Positions 44,963 to 54,244 of a DNA stretch of 64,000 nucleotides are shown piece after piece. The stretch is from the sequence record NC_061451.1, one strand, 5' to 3'. The notes beneath the pieces are model-generated. The model saw only the letters and a list, made by a program, of their open reading frames with translations, made no database searches and was not told where the DNA came from. Positions within the stretch are counted from its first letter, which is position 1. Each line of letters opens with the position of its first letter. The position numbers and the translations under genes are program-made.

Positions 44963-46063
44963 TTAGCCGCGAACTGCTTTGGCAACGGAACGCACGTTCG
45001 CCAGAGTGAAGGAGAAGGTGCTTGACAGCAACCAGCCGCGGTCAGTGTTACCCTGGTTAGCACCAGAGGTAGGAGTAGACTGCGTACCGCCACGAGTGGT
45101 GTACACTGCATGGTAGTCCTGATCAGCCAGAACATACAGCTCGCCCTGTTTCAGAACGATGTGCTCTGGAGCACGCATACCATCGGTAACCAGCTCCATA
45201 CCCAGCAGGGTACCCAGACGACCGGTGATCAGCAAATCATACTTAGACACTGGGTCCAGAGCAGAAGAGAACTGATCGTTACCGATAATGTCGTTCCAGT
45301 AGTCCCACGCCATCACGGCGGTAGAGGTCGGCAGCGGCCATGAAGCAACGCTGTTTTTCAGGGTAGACAGCAGACGCGGAGTCAGGTCACCGTGAACGTA
45401 GGTGATCGGGTTAGCGATACCAACAGCTTCGTCACACGCTTGTTTCCACAGACGGTCTTCTGCAACCATGATAGAAGACAGGCCATCTTGCTGCGCACGG
45501 TCCAGCAGGTCGCCGTTGATCTGGTCCAGATCCATTTTGCTTACGCGGATGTTGGATTTCAGTTCAAACTCAGCCGGCTGGTAGGTACGGCCACGGAACT
45601 GGCGGTAACCGAAATCGGTAGGACCAGTTGCGATGATTGCTTCTGCCTGGTGAATTTTCAGTTCGATACGAGCAATGTCGCCCTGACGAACGGTAGCACC
45701 CTTACAGACTTTGCGCAGCAGACCAGCACGCTCAGCACGGTCTTCGATAGATGCAACGATAGAAGCACCCAGCGAGTCCCACTTAGCGCCAGAGGTATCA
45801 GCAGCAGCTTCGGCGAACAGTTCAATCTTCTCAGCTTCTGACAGACCGTTAGAAGCGTTAGACTGTGAATGAACCAGCTCACCATTTTGGAACGCGTTAG
45901 CCAGACGGCTGATCTGAGAGATCAGGTCTTTCTGGCTTGATGCGTTAATCTCACCAGTGCTTTGGCTCAGAGCTAATTCATTGCTCTTGCCGAAACGCAG
46001 GTCTTCAATCGGGGCGCCATTACGCAGAGTTACTTTCGCGCCGCGCATTAAGGAATTAGTCAT
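44963..46063 (-). CDS. Major capsid protein (HK97 fold, inferred)
   Basis: 366 aa downstream of protease, scaffold and decoration genes; highly biased codon use; strong RBS behind a hairpin; AEFELKSNIRVSKMDL...DGLSSIMVAEDR and GRLGTLLGMELVTD. Confidence 0.8.
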   Translation of the reverse strand: MTNSLMRGAKVTLRNGAPIEDLRFGKSNELALSQSTGEINASSQKDLISQISRLANAFQNGELVHSQSNASNGLSEAEKIELFAEAAADTSGAKWDSLGASIVASIEDRAERAGLLRKVCKGATVRQGDIARIELKIHQAEAIIATGPTDFGYRQFRGRTYQPAEFELKSNIRVSKMDLDQINGDLLDRAQQDGLSSIMVAEDRLWKQACDEAVGIANPITYVHGDLTPRLLSTLKNSVASWPLPTSTAVMAWDYWNDIIGNDQFSSALDPVSKYDLLITGRLGTLLGMELVTDGMRAPEHIVLKQGELYVLADQDYHAVYTTRGGTQSTPTSGANQGNTDRGWLLSSTFSFTLANVRSVAKAVRG

Positions 46064-46126
46064 TGCTTTGCTCCTGAGATTTTAATCTCGTAGTTTCAGT
46101 TTCTAACAGTTACGGTGCGCGACGAA

Positions 46127-46834
46127 TTAGGCGCCGTAAGAGGAAGACATTTCGATGATCAGGTAACCTTTATCAGAGGTCGGCGAGTGCTTGATGATGC
46201 AGCCAGTCAGCTCAGTGCCGGTACCGCCGATAGTCAGCATACCGTTCGGGCCCAGGGTAGGATGCAGCACATTGTCAGCAGACCAGTCAACAGACGGGTC
46301 GAACATTGACGTTGCGATGTTACCCAGCTTGATGTAGCCGATACGGCCAACAACGTTTGATGCCAGACCACCGATAGGAGCATCAGCAGTGTAAGAACGC
46401 GCTTCGGTAACGGTCAGCTCGTATGCGTACTGAACGTATACGGTTTTGCCAACGTCATCAGCGTGGAAGTACAGGTCAGCGCCATCAACGCCAACGATAC
46501 CTTTAGCAGACGCTTCGGTATCAGCTTCCTGGTCAGCTTTTTTGCCGTCGATTTTAACGAACAGCTTACCAGCATCAGGTACGCGAGAAGCGGTGAACTT
46601 TTTGGTAGCGTCGATAGTGAAGGTTTCAACGCGGTTCATGTGCGCAGGCGGCATGTTACGAGCCAGAGCGAAACCAGCGAACACTTCGTTAGCAGCACCA
46701 GTAGACAGACGCAGGAATGATTGACCGTTTTCACGGGCCCATACCAGCGCAACGCCTTCTTCGTGGATTACTTCGCCCGGCAGCAGGTCAGCTTCCTGGG
46801 TCTGTACAATGTCAGTAGCATTCTGATACAACAT
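46127..46834 (-). CDS. Head decoration / minor capsid protein
   Basis: ATG at 46834 with GGAG RBS (track start 46849 is TTG); biased codons; lies between scaffold and capsid genes. Confidence 0.6.
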   Translation of the reverse strand: MLYQNATDIVQTQEADLLPGEVIHEEGVALVWARENGQSFLRLSTGAANEVFAGFALARNMPPAHMNRVETFTIDATKKFTASRVPDAGKLFVKIDGKKADQEADTEASAKGIVGVDGADLYFHADDVGKTVYVQYAYELTVTEARSYTADAPIGGLASNVVGRIGYIKLGNIATSMFDPSVDWSADNVLHPTLGPNGMLTIGGTGTELTGCIIKHSPTSDKGYLIIEMSSSYGA

Positions 46835-46884
46835 AATTGGAATCTCCAATAAGAGAGTAAAGTTTAACTAGCGTAAGGCCGCTC

Positions 46885-48957
46885 TTATGAGCAGCGCAGA
46901 CGGGCCAGTTTATCTTCGAACGAGTCAGTGGAAGCTGAACTCTGTGATTGAATAGGTGCACTATCTTCGTCACCCAGAAGCTGCGCTGCAACGCTTGGTT
47001 GCTGCGGCTTAACAGGTGCGGTGACCTGCTGTTGAACTACAGGCTGAGCCTGCTGCACGGTACCGGCTGCGGCTTCGATTGACTGTGCAACTTCGTTCTG
47101 TGCAGTTTCAGACATAGACATAAGAGCCTGTGCTTTTGCCAGAGAAGTTGTCAGGAAATCTTTACCATGCGCGATAAACGCGTTTTGAATCAGCGCGTTC
47201 GGGTCTTTGATGCCTGCGGCAGACAGAGAGCGAACGAGAGAATCAACGATCGGGTTACGCACTTCACCCCAGTAGTTTTTGGTGATACCCAGCTGAGCAG
47301 AAGACAGGGCAGCAATCAAACGTTCCTGATGGGAAGCAACAGTGTCGTTGATAGTAGACGATACGCTGGTGGTAGCTTCGTTGATGCGAGCATCAGATTC
47401 AGCAACCAGCAATTTGTCTACAGGCATTTCGATTTGATACGGCATAAAGCCATACGCTTCGACTGTACCTACAACACCGCTTTGAACCAGGCTGTGTGAA
47501 ACGGCACGGATGAAATTATCAGTTGCGAAAGATTTACGCGCAACTTCTTCACCAACAACGTTAGACACAGAGTTGAACGTGGCGCGAGCAACTGGCTGGC
47601 CGTCGTAGTACATGTGTACCGATTCGACTTTACCGCCGTTAGAACGGCTGAGGCTTACCAGGGTCGGGTCCAGTTCGCCGTACTGAGCTTGTACGGTAGA
47701 CAGGCTGTCGAAGGTGCGATTAACGACTTTAGATTCAGAATCGAAGTCTTCATCGTCGAGGTCGAGATCATCTTCTTCCAGATCTTCGTCATCGTCGAGG
47801 TCTTCGTCGTCTTCATCGTCAGCGCCAGACTCAGAATCGAAATCTTCGTCTTCGTCGTCTTCGCCATCCAGATCGTCTTCATCCAGATCTTCGTCATCAT
47901 CGCCTGCACCAGATTCGGAGTCGAAATCTTCGTCTTCCAAATCTTCGTCATCTTCGAGGTCTTCCTCGTCTTCGTCGTCCAGATCATCTTCATCCAGATC
48001 TTCGTCGTCGAGGTCATCCTCTTCGTCTTCGTCGAAGTCATCTTCATCGAAGTCGTCTTCATCTTCATCACCATCAGATGATTCAGAATCAAAGTCGTCG
48101 TCAGAATCTTCGTCTTCGTCGTCGAGGTCCAGATCGTCTTCGTCCAGGATATCAATGTCGCTGTCGCTATCATCGTCACCGGAGTTAGATTCAATCGGCT
48201 CGTCGACCAGCGCCGCAGAGCAATGCGCACAGAAGACAGGCTCTTCATCGGAGCTTACAGTAAACGGCTGTTCGCATTTAGCGGAGCAGCTATAGATGTG
48301 AGCTTCGACGGTACCGTCAGCGGCAGCAGAAGACAGAGCAGTAACAGCTTCAGGAGCGTCCTGAGCGTCACAGCTATCAACAGCCTGGCCGGTGTACGGG
48401 TCGAATTTGGCAACAGTAGCAGCGTTGAAGCTACCAGTGTTGGACAGCGCTGTGAACGTTTGAGCACCAGACAGGGCCTGCGCGAAGTTGCGTTGAGCTT
48501 CTTCGGCAGTCTCGCCAGTAGCGATCAGGCTCGCGTGTTCAATCTGTTCATCAGCGTTTGCGCTCTCAGCAAGGAACTGTGATACGCGTTCATCAGTGAT
48601 TTCTGACAGGTCAGCAGAGCACGACGGGCAGCAGCCCTGAACGAGCGAAGCACTGTCGCTGATAACGTGGCTACCACAACCATCCAGACAGATAGTGTAA
48701 TGCGCCTTCACGTCACCAGCAGAAGACTGAGACTGAACTTCGGCTTTCTCAACCAAATCAGGATGCTCATCCAGCAGTTCGTTACCGCCGGTTGGGTTGT
48801 AGAGGTCAGCGCCACTTTGCGAAGCAAAGCCCACACCGTCAGAAGAACCATAAATCATTAAGTTCTGGCCTAACGCAGTGCGACGAAAGTTCTCTACTGC
48901 CTGATTATGGTTTTTACCGACACACAGGATACCCGCGAGTTGGGTAATCTTTGGCAT
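46885..48957 (-). CDS. Prohead core / scaffolding protein with long Asp/Glu tract
   Basis: ATG at 48957 with GAGG RBS; two Cys-rich knuckles, a ~150-aa acidic tract punctuated by FDSES, helical C-terminus. Confidence 0.7.
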   Translation of the reverse strand: MPKITQLAGILCVGKNHNQAVENFRRTALGQNLMIYGSSDGVGFASQSGADLYNPTGGNELLDEHPDLVEKAEVQSQSSAGDVKAHYTICLDGCGSHVISDSASLVQGCCPSCSADLSEITDERVSQFLAESANADEQIEHASLIATGETAEEAQRNFAQALSGAQTFTALSNTGSFNAATVAKFDPYTGQAVDSCDAQDAPEAVTALSSAAADGTVEAHIYSCSAKCEQPFTVSSDEEPVFCAHCSAALVDEPIESNSGDDDSDSDIDILDEDDLDLDDEDEDSDDDFDSESSDGDEDEDDFDEDDFDEDEEDDLDDEDLDEDDLDDEDEEDLEDDEDLEDEDFDSESGAGDDDEDLDEDDLDGEDDEDEDFDSESGADDEDDEDLDDDEDLEEDDLDLDDEDFDSESKVVNRTFDSLSTVQAQYGELDPTLVSLSRSNGGKVESVHMYYDGQPVARATFNSVSNVVGEEVARKSFATDNFIRAVSHSLVQSGVVGTVEAYGFMPYQIEMPVDKLLVAESDARINEATTSVSSTINDTVASHQERLIAALSSAQLGITKNYWGEVRNPIVDSLVRSLSAAGIKDPNALIQNAFIAHGKDFLTTSLAKAQALMSMSETAQNEVAQSIEAAAGTVQQAQPVVQQQVTAPVKPQQPSVAAQLLGDEDSAPIQSQSSASTDSFEDKLARLRCS
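47710..48190 (-). repeat. Asp/Glu low-complexity coding repeat with recurring FDSES units
   Basis: Degenerate (tcttcgtc/tcatc)n periodicity; encodes DEDFDSESGA...DLDEDDLD near-tandem units. Confidence 0.85.
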
Positions 48958-49002
48958 GGTTAAAACCCTCATAAGGAATGAAGTCGTTGAATCGACAGGT
49001 TG

Positions 49003-49010
49003 AAATTAAC
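49003..49010 (-). promoter_or_regulatory. Variant candidate late promoter GTTAATTT
   Basis: One mismatch to GCTAATTT, 45 nt upstream of the scaffold start. Confidence 0.45.
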
Positions 49011-49035
49011 GAAAGCAGAAAAATTTAAGGTATTT

Positions 49036-50148
49036 TTAGACTTTTCTGCTATCAATATCTGACTGAGGAATATAGCGATTTTCGAAGTATTTATTCACTA
49101 CTTCGACACCGTTTAGCGTATAAACGTTACGCAAACTATCTCCCCATACCATTAGTTCTGCCAGCGTTGCAAAGTGCTCCGTAGGCACGGATTTAATGGT
49201 CAGTGCATTGTTCGAATCAGGATGGATTCGCTTACCACGAATGGCCTGATCAAACTTCATACGGTCTACGTTACGCAGCATAGTATGGTCCACAAAGTGA
49301 GCCAATTCATGCGTCATAACATGGGCCATACTTTTGCTGTTATATCCACCCAGCAAACGAACAAGCTGTTGTGGACTAATAGCGATAACACCGTACATAA
49401 AACCACGAATCATGTACGTGCTAATGTGAGAACCGCCTACATCGTTACCTTCCTGCCCGCCCAGAATAGAAACGTACAGACGCTTAAACGGCAGATTAAC
49501 GTTCAGCCCTACAGCAGGCATTACGTTGTCCTGGATATCCTTTAGCACGAATGCTGGTGGACTAACACCGTTGACTGAGATGTTTAGGCCAGGGATATTC
49601 AGTTCATCTGCGCCACGCACTTCAAGATGTACCGTACCACATTTAGGCAGCGGTTGAATTGCGTAGTTGTTTGGCGTACCACCAGCATAAGCAATATCAG
49701 AGTATTGCAGAGGCGTAAATTTACCGAACTGAGGCCTGTCAAGTTCTCGACGTTGACGCGCTTCTTTGGACGCACGATCATCATCGATAGGAGTATCAAC
49801 AGGAGGTTTTGGCTCGGGTTCAGGCGGTGGGATTGGCACTTCGGCAGCGGCAGGCTTAGGCACTTTGACAGGCTTAGGCTTAGCAGACTTCTCCTCGAGT
49901 GGAGTAAAGTCAAAGCTATCAAACAACGCATCAGGCTGAGCAGCAAAAGGTCTGCTATTAGCCAGTATCATTCCAGCGCTCTCCCCGCTGATTGCAACAG
50001 CTTGAGGGTACTTAGGGTGAGCGATGTAATAGAGGTCATCGTTAACTTGATGGAGACCTACGACCTCGCGGGGCTGCATACGCACACCATTTGAAATCAT
50101 AGTATCTCCACCTAAGTAACGGACGAATTTGTAGTCCGTTATATCCAT
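49036..50148 (-). CDS. Zinc metallopeptidase-like protein (HExxH) with the shared N-terminal domain
   Basis: Start MDITDY at 50148 (TAATG coupling); Pro-rich linker; HVMTHELAHFVDH and downstream EHFATLAE. Confidence 0.7.
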   Translation of the reverse strand: MDITDYKFVRYLGGDTMISNGVRMQPREVVGLHQVNDDLYYIAHPKYPQAVAISGESAGMILANSRPFAAQPDALFDSFDFTPLEEKSAKPKPVKVPKPAAAEVPIPPPEPEPKPPVDTPIDDDRASKEARQRRELDRPQFGKFTPLQYSDIAYAGGTPNNYAIQPLPKCGTVHLEVRGADELNIPGLNISVNGVSPPAFVLKDIQDNVMPAVGLNVNLPFKRLYVSILGGQEGNDVGGSHISTYMIRGFMYGVIAISPQQLVRLLGGYNSKSMAHVMTHELAHFVDHTMLRNVDRMKFDQAIRGKRIHPDSNNALTIKSVPTEHFATLAELMVWGDSLRNVYTLNGVEVVNKYFENRYIPQSDIDSRKV

Positions 50149-50927
50149 TAACGCATCCGCAGCAGGTGTTCTTTGTACGTTGCAGCACAAGCAAACGCTG
50201 GGTCATCCACAGAGCTACACTCGAAACCAGTGAGGCCCTTACAATCACGATACACCAGGCGGCCTGTACGTGCATCCAAATACGTAGGCTTGTTGAACGC
50301 TGTATGCGAGCAGAAGTTACGATTCTTCGGTGTCACCATCTGACCACAGATACTGCATTTATAAGCACGGTAGGTTGTGCCCTTGCTGTACGTGTTCAGT
50401 TCACCGCTGAGAATACGGTCACAACGTTCCTTGCAGCGCGTGCGGTCAAACGCCAGCAACAGAGTCAGACGCGCATGATTGCCACGGAAGTTTTTCAGCT
50501 TAGACAGGTTCGAGTCAAAGATCATGCCCATTGCTTGGCGATAGTCTTTGTTGTTGTGCTCGATAAACGTCGGCTTACCAATGAACGTCTGATACGCAAG
50601 GCGTCCTTGATCAGGGTTAAACGTCAACCATTCCTGCAAGCTGAATGCATCACCGTTAGTGTTCGGCAGCTCCGTGATGTTTACCACAACAGGCGCAATG
50701 ATATAGTCACGGATATCACGCGAGGTGTTGTACATCTCAGCAGCTTTAGGCAGCCACACGTTAACGTCGAGGTTAAAAGATCCCGTCTCAATACCGAAAC
50801 GCGAAGCATCAACACGAATAGACTTAGCGTTTCGGCTAACATCTTCTTTGTGCATATCAATCGCGTTCAGTCCGACGAGGCCCATGTCTGAGGTATCAAA
50901 CGACTCAGACTTGATGAGCTGGGTCAT
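50148..50927 (-). CDS. Putative prohead (head maturation) protease
   Basis: FIGKPTFIEHN (His), YSKG (candidate catalytic Ser), CSICG...CSH zinc motif; upstream of scaffold and capsid genes. Confidence 0.7.
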   Translation of the reverse strand: MTQLIKSESFDTSDMGLVGLNAIDMHKEDVSRNAKSIRVDASRFGIETGSFNLDVNVWLPKAAEMYNTSRDIRDYIIAPVVVNITELPNTNGDAFSLQEWLTFNPDQGRLAYQTFIGKPTFIEHNNKDYRQAMGMIFDSNLSKLKNFRGNHARLTLLLAFDRTRCKERCDRILSGELNTYSKGTTYRAYKCSICGQMVTPKNRNFCSHTAFNKPTYLDARTGRLVYRDCKGLTGFECSSVDDPAFACAATYKEHLLRMR

Positions 50928-50937
50928 CGTGTTCTCC

Positions 50938-51354
50938 CTATTGGAAATTGTTTATGTTATCAAGGCCGCAATTGGCTAGACGCACATGCGACTCAGGCAC
51001 CTCGAAGATTTGAGAGCAACCCAAGTCGGTCAGTTGATATATCAATCGTCCATTAGAAATTATTGCGTTTTCAACATAGGCAGCAACTTCTGTACCATCT
51101 TCTTGCTTGACCATAACTTCAACGCCAGGATAGAATACGTCGAAACTCTTGGAGCTAAAGATAGGTCGAACAATGTCGGTCTCTGCAACAGGATGCTGGG
51201 CATAGCGCGTTTGAATCATATACAACGCACAGTCACCGCTGATCAGGATAGTATTGATTGTGCCACGCAGATTGTACGGAGCACCCTGAGCAGTAGTGCC
51301 AGCAACGAACGTGACAATATCACCGATGTTATACGCAAACGAGAACTGAGCCAT
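50938..51354 (-). CDS. Hypothetical protein with two SH3/KOW-like repeats
   Basis: ATG at 51354 with GAGG RBS; YNIGDIVTF...GTINTILI and FYPGVEVMV...AYVENAII. Confidence 0.55.
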   Translation of the reverse strand: MAQFSFAYNIGDIVTFVAGTTAQGAPYNLRGTINTILISGDCALYMIQTRYAQHPVAETDIVRPIFSSKSFDVFYPGVEVMVKQEDGTEVAAYVENAIISNGRLIYQLTDLGCSQIFEVPESHVRLANCGLDNINNFQ

Positions 51355-51355
51355 G

Positions 51356-52210
51356 TTAACCTCGAAGTGCACCACGCGCCCAAGACTTAGCGAGAGCCAG
51401 AGTCATGCGGCTAGGGTTCTGGAGTTTGACTTCACCCCGATGAACAGCAGTAAACGGTTCATTAGGGTTCTCGCTGCGTCCAGAACGATACGCAGATTCA
51501 TTGAAGCCGTCAAACAAAGTAACCAACCAGCCAGTTGACTTGTCAGAGCATTCGCCGCACTTGTTGTCCCAGCTAATCTTACCGCATGTACGACCACCAG
51601 CATTGATAGCGTATGACACACGGTCTTTGTCAGAGTAAACGTCCTTAGCACGAATGGTCTTGAACGTCACGCGAGACGAGGACTCGGAGCGCGGCATCAT
51701 GCGTGCTTTAATCGCTTCTGCATCAATCGATGACCAGAACGATTCAAACAGCATACCCAGCTTCTGATCGATAGGCAGCTTGAGTCCATTGATTTGGGCA
51801 ATGGTACTGGAGCTATCATTGATAACGCGATTCAGGAAGTAGCCACCAATGATTATCGGCAGCTGTGTTCCCTGTGAGCCTACAGTGATACCAGATTGCT
51901 TGCAGTAGATCTCAGACAGACCGATAGCGAGACGCGCAAGAACCTTGAACGTCTCTTTTTCTGTCGTGTTTGAGATTTCAGTATACAGACGCGCTGCAAT
52001 GTTCGGCACGACTGTACGCTTGGCAACGCTGGCAATATCTTCGGCTGTGATAGTCTGACCAAGTTTCTTCTTGGCCGCTAACGCAAAGGCGTTATACAGG
52101 CTGGCTTTGTTCTCCGCCGTCAGGGCTTCGTTTAGCTTGCTGATCGTCGTCTCCGCGCTGCTTTTCAGACTCGGAGTTTGAACTGTTTTGAGTCTCGCAA
52201 CTTTCGGCAT
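51356..52210 (-). CDS. Hypothetical two-domain protein
   Basis: AGGAG RBS; helical N-domain and beta C-domain separated by RSESSS. Confidence 0.65.
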   Translation of the reverse strand: MPKVARLKTVQTPSLKSSAETTISKLNEALTAENKASLYNAFALAAKKKLGQTITAEDIASVAKRTVVPNIAARLYTEISNTTEKETFKVLARLAIGLSEIYCKQSGITVGSQGTQLPIIIGGYFLNRVINDSSSTIAQINGLKLPIDQKLGMLFESFWSSIDAEAIKARMMPRSESSSRVTFKTIRAKDVYSDKDRVSYAINAGGRTCGKISWDNKCGECSDKSTGWLVTLFDGFNESAYRSGRSENPNEPFTAVHRGEVKLQNPSRMTLALAKSWARGALRG

Positions 52211-53324
52211 TGGAGTTTTTCTCCTGGTTGAGGGCTTGCTTCGCTAAAATCCCAAGCAGGCCAGAGGCTTTAATTTCTGTCTCAACGTCAAGCCCACGAT
52301 GCAGACTGAGTTGAGCTAAATAGTTCAATGCGGGTTCGACCATATTAAGATTACGACAACCCCAATAGGCACATTCGTAACATAGGTCTAAATTAACAGA
52401 GGTCTGGTCAAACAAGAAACTTTTTGGATTCTGTTGCGCAACAGACAGTCCCTGGATAGCCATGCCCACAGAGTTGATCATATCGTCACGGCGATAGAAA
52501 ATATCAGACAGCATCGCGTAGCATTCAATACGATCAGAGCGGGCTGCAATAGCACGGTAGCAGCAGTTAACGGCCTCCTGAATAAAGCCCTGCTTGAACG
52601 TTGCTTTTGACAGTTCCAGATTAGCCACAGCAACATAGTCAGACCAAGTTGCTAGTTTGGTCAGACGTGCCACTTCGGCGCGTGCATCATCGAGCAGGTC
52701 AGCACGGTCGTAGTAAGCAACCGAGTAGCACAGCTCACGCGCATAATAGAACGAGCAACGCTGGTCACGAGGCCAATCGCCCGCATCACGCGCAAGCTCC
52801 ATGAGATAACCACGAGGCTTAGTGTGATCGGGGAAATGGTCAGTAGCGAACTCAGCACGCACAGTATGCGGTGGGTTACCTTCACGAATACGCATCAACA
52901 CTTCATGCGCACGGTAACGCCACGTATACGCTCGGCTCTTGTATGCTTTCATCTGGTCATACTGGCTATCGCCGTTACGCATCAGAATCCAAACACCATC
53001 AGCCTGTTCAATGTCAGGCATCTGACGTAACTTCTCAACCCAATCTGGGTCGTCGAAGCGTTCATCAATGTCCAGCCAAACGATTAAATCATCTTCATGG
53101 AATGGCGCAGCGGCCAGGTCGCGACTTGCACCCAGATTGCGTTCTTCGGAGATGTCCGTAGAGTGATACAACGCTGGGTGCGCGAACTCGGAAACAATCT
53201 GAGTCGTTGCATCAATGCTGCCTGTGTCCACGATACTGATAGCGTCAGCAGCAGACACATGCTTCAACCACTCGGCCATATTCTTTTCTTCATCACGGCA
53301 GATAGCCGCTACGCAAATTCTCAT
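52092..53324 (-). CDS. Family 2 glycosyltransferase with TPR-like C-terminal helices
   Basis: ICRDEEKN...IVDTGSIDAT...NLGASRD...WLDIDE (DxD); TPR-like FYYARE / EAVNCCYRAI / ECYAMLS. Confidence 0.85.
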   Translation of the reverse strand: MRICVAAICRDEEKNMAEWLKHVSAADAISIVDTGSIDATTQIVSEFAHPALYHSTDISEERNLGASRDLAAAPFHEDDLIVWLDIDERFDDPDWVEKLRQMPDIEQADGVWILMRNGDSQYDQMKAYKSRAYTWRYRAHEVLMRIREGNPPHTVRAEFATDHFPDHTKPRGYLMELARDAGDWPRDQRCSFYYARELCYSVAYYDRADLLDDARAEVARLTKLATWSDYVAVANLELSKATFKQGFIQEAVNCCYRAIAARSDRIECYAMLSDIFYRRDDMINSVGMAIQGLSVAQQNPKSFLFDQTSVNLDLCYECAYWGCRNLNMVEPALNYLAQLSLHRGLDVETEIKASGLLGILAKQALNQEKNSNAESCETQNSSNSESEKQRGDDDQQAKRSPDGGEQSQPV

Positions 53325-53335
53325 GAGTGCCTCTT

Positions 53336-54244
53336 TTATACAAGAACGTTACCGCTATCCCACCACTTCTTGCCATAGATTTCGGACAGGCGGTAGTCAA
53401 GCACGATTGGTTGGTCAAGATCGACCTGAAGGATATCGCGACCTAGTGCAGCGCTATAAACTGTTTTCTCCTCAGTGTATACGCGTATCTCTAGTTCCAT
53501 GTCGCCTTGCGAATACTTGGGAACGAACGGCACATTCAGATCGCCATTGAACCCCTGACCGAGCGTATCGTCAAAGTAAGTAGACATACGAATCTCGGTG
53601 CCCTGATTGATAACTGTAGGTGCGTACACCGTGCGATTGTTATACGCCGTGTAGTCAGCTACCGTGGACTGTTGAATCAGGCGGCGCTTATAGATGCGCG
53701 TTACGCCTTTGTCGTCCACTACCGTACGATACTGATTGTAGAACCAGTTGATCTCATAGAACTTAACAGGCTTGAGGCCCGCAGATGAAACCAATGTCGC
53801 AGTCATACGGTGATAGGTCTTCTCCGTATTCAGACGGTAGAGCAGAATCTTAAACGCGTACCATTGGTAAACGTCTAACGTGATTGAGCCTGCATCTGAT
53901 TGCTGAGTACCGTTAGTGAGGATATACGAGAAGCAATCGCCACCAACGTAACCGCTACGGGGATCGTAAATGAACGCATCACTAAAGCTATTCAGTTCGA
54001 CAGTACCCAACAGTGGGTCGCTCACTTTGATTGCAGCAAGGCGCCAACCACGCTGGGCTGGAACCTTGTCGAGAACGCCTTCTGTGGGACTGTGACCTGT
54101 TAGCTCGTCGCGTGCGCCTTGCAGAATCTGATCGATAGTGATTTCAGTTTTACCTGAGTTCTTCACACGTATCGTTCTGTTTGGTGCTATTGGCTTATAG
54201 TTGCGCCAGTAGTCAAACGTACAAGGCAAAGAGAGCATAGTCAC
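53336..54244 (-). CDS. Virion protein with an Ig/cadherin-like domain
   Basis: P..GTVELNS..AFIYDPRSGYVGGDCFSYILTNG...GSITLDV. Confidence 0.6.
   Translation of the reverse strand: MTMLSLPCTFDYWRNYKPIAPNRTIRVKNSGKTEITIDQILQGARDELTGHSPTEGVLDKVPAQRGWRLAAIKVSDPLLGTVELNSFSDAFIYDPRSGYVGGDCFSYILTNGTQQSDAGSITLDVYQWYAFKILLYRLNTEKTYHRMTATLVSSAGLKPVKFYEINWFYNQYRTVVDDKGVTRIYKRRLIQQSTVADYTAYNNRTVYAPTVINQGTEIRMSTYFDDTLGQGFNGDLNVPFVPKYSQGDMELEIRVYTEEKTVYSAALGRDILQVDLDQPIVLDYRLSEIYGKKWWDSGNVLV

Noticed and set aside
47614-48582. Long + strand ORFs rich in Ser/Arg or Phe/Ile/Val (47614..48081, 47714..48295; also 56417..57175)
   Set aside because: Antisense and alternative-frame shadows of Asp/Glu low-complexity tracts, which lack stop codons for compositional reasons
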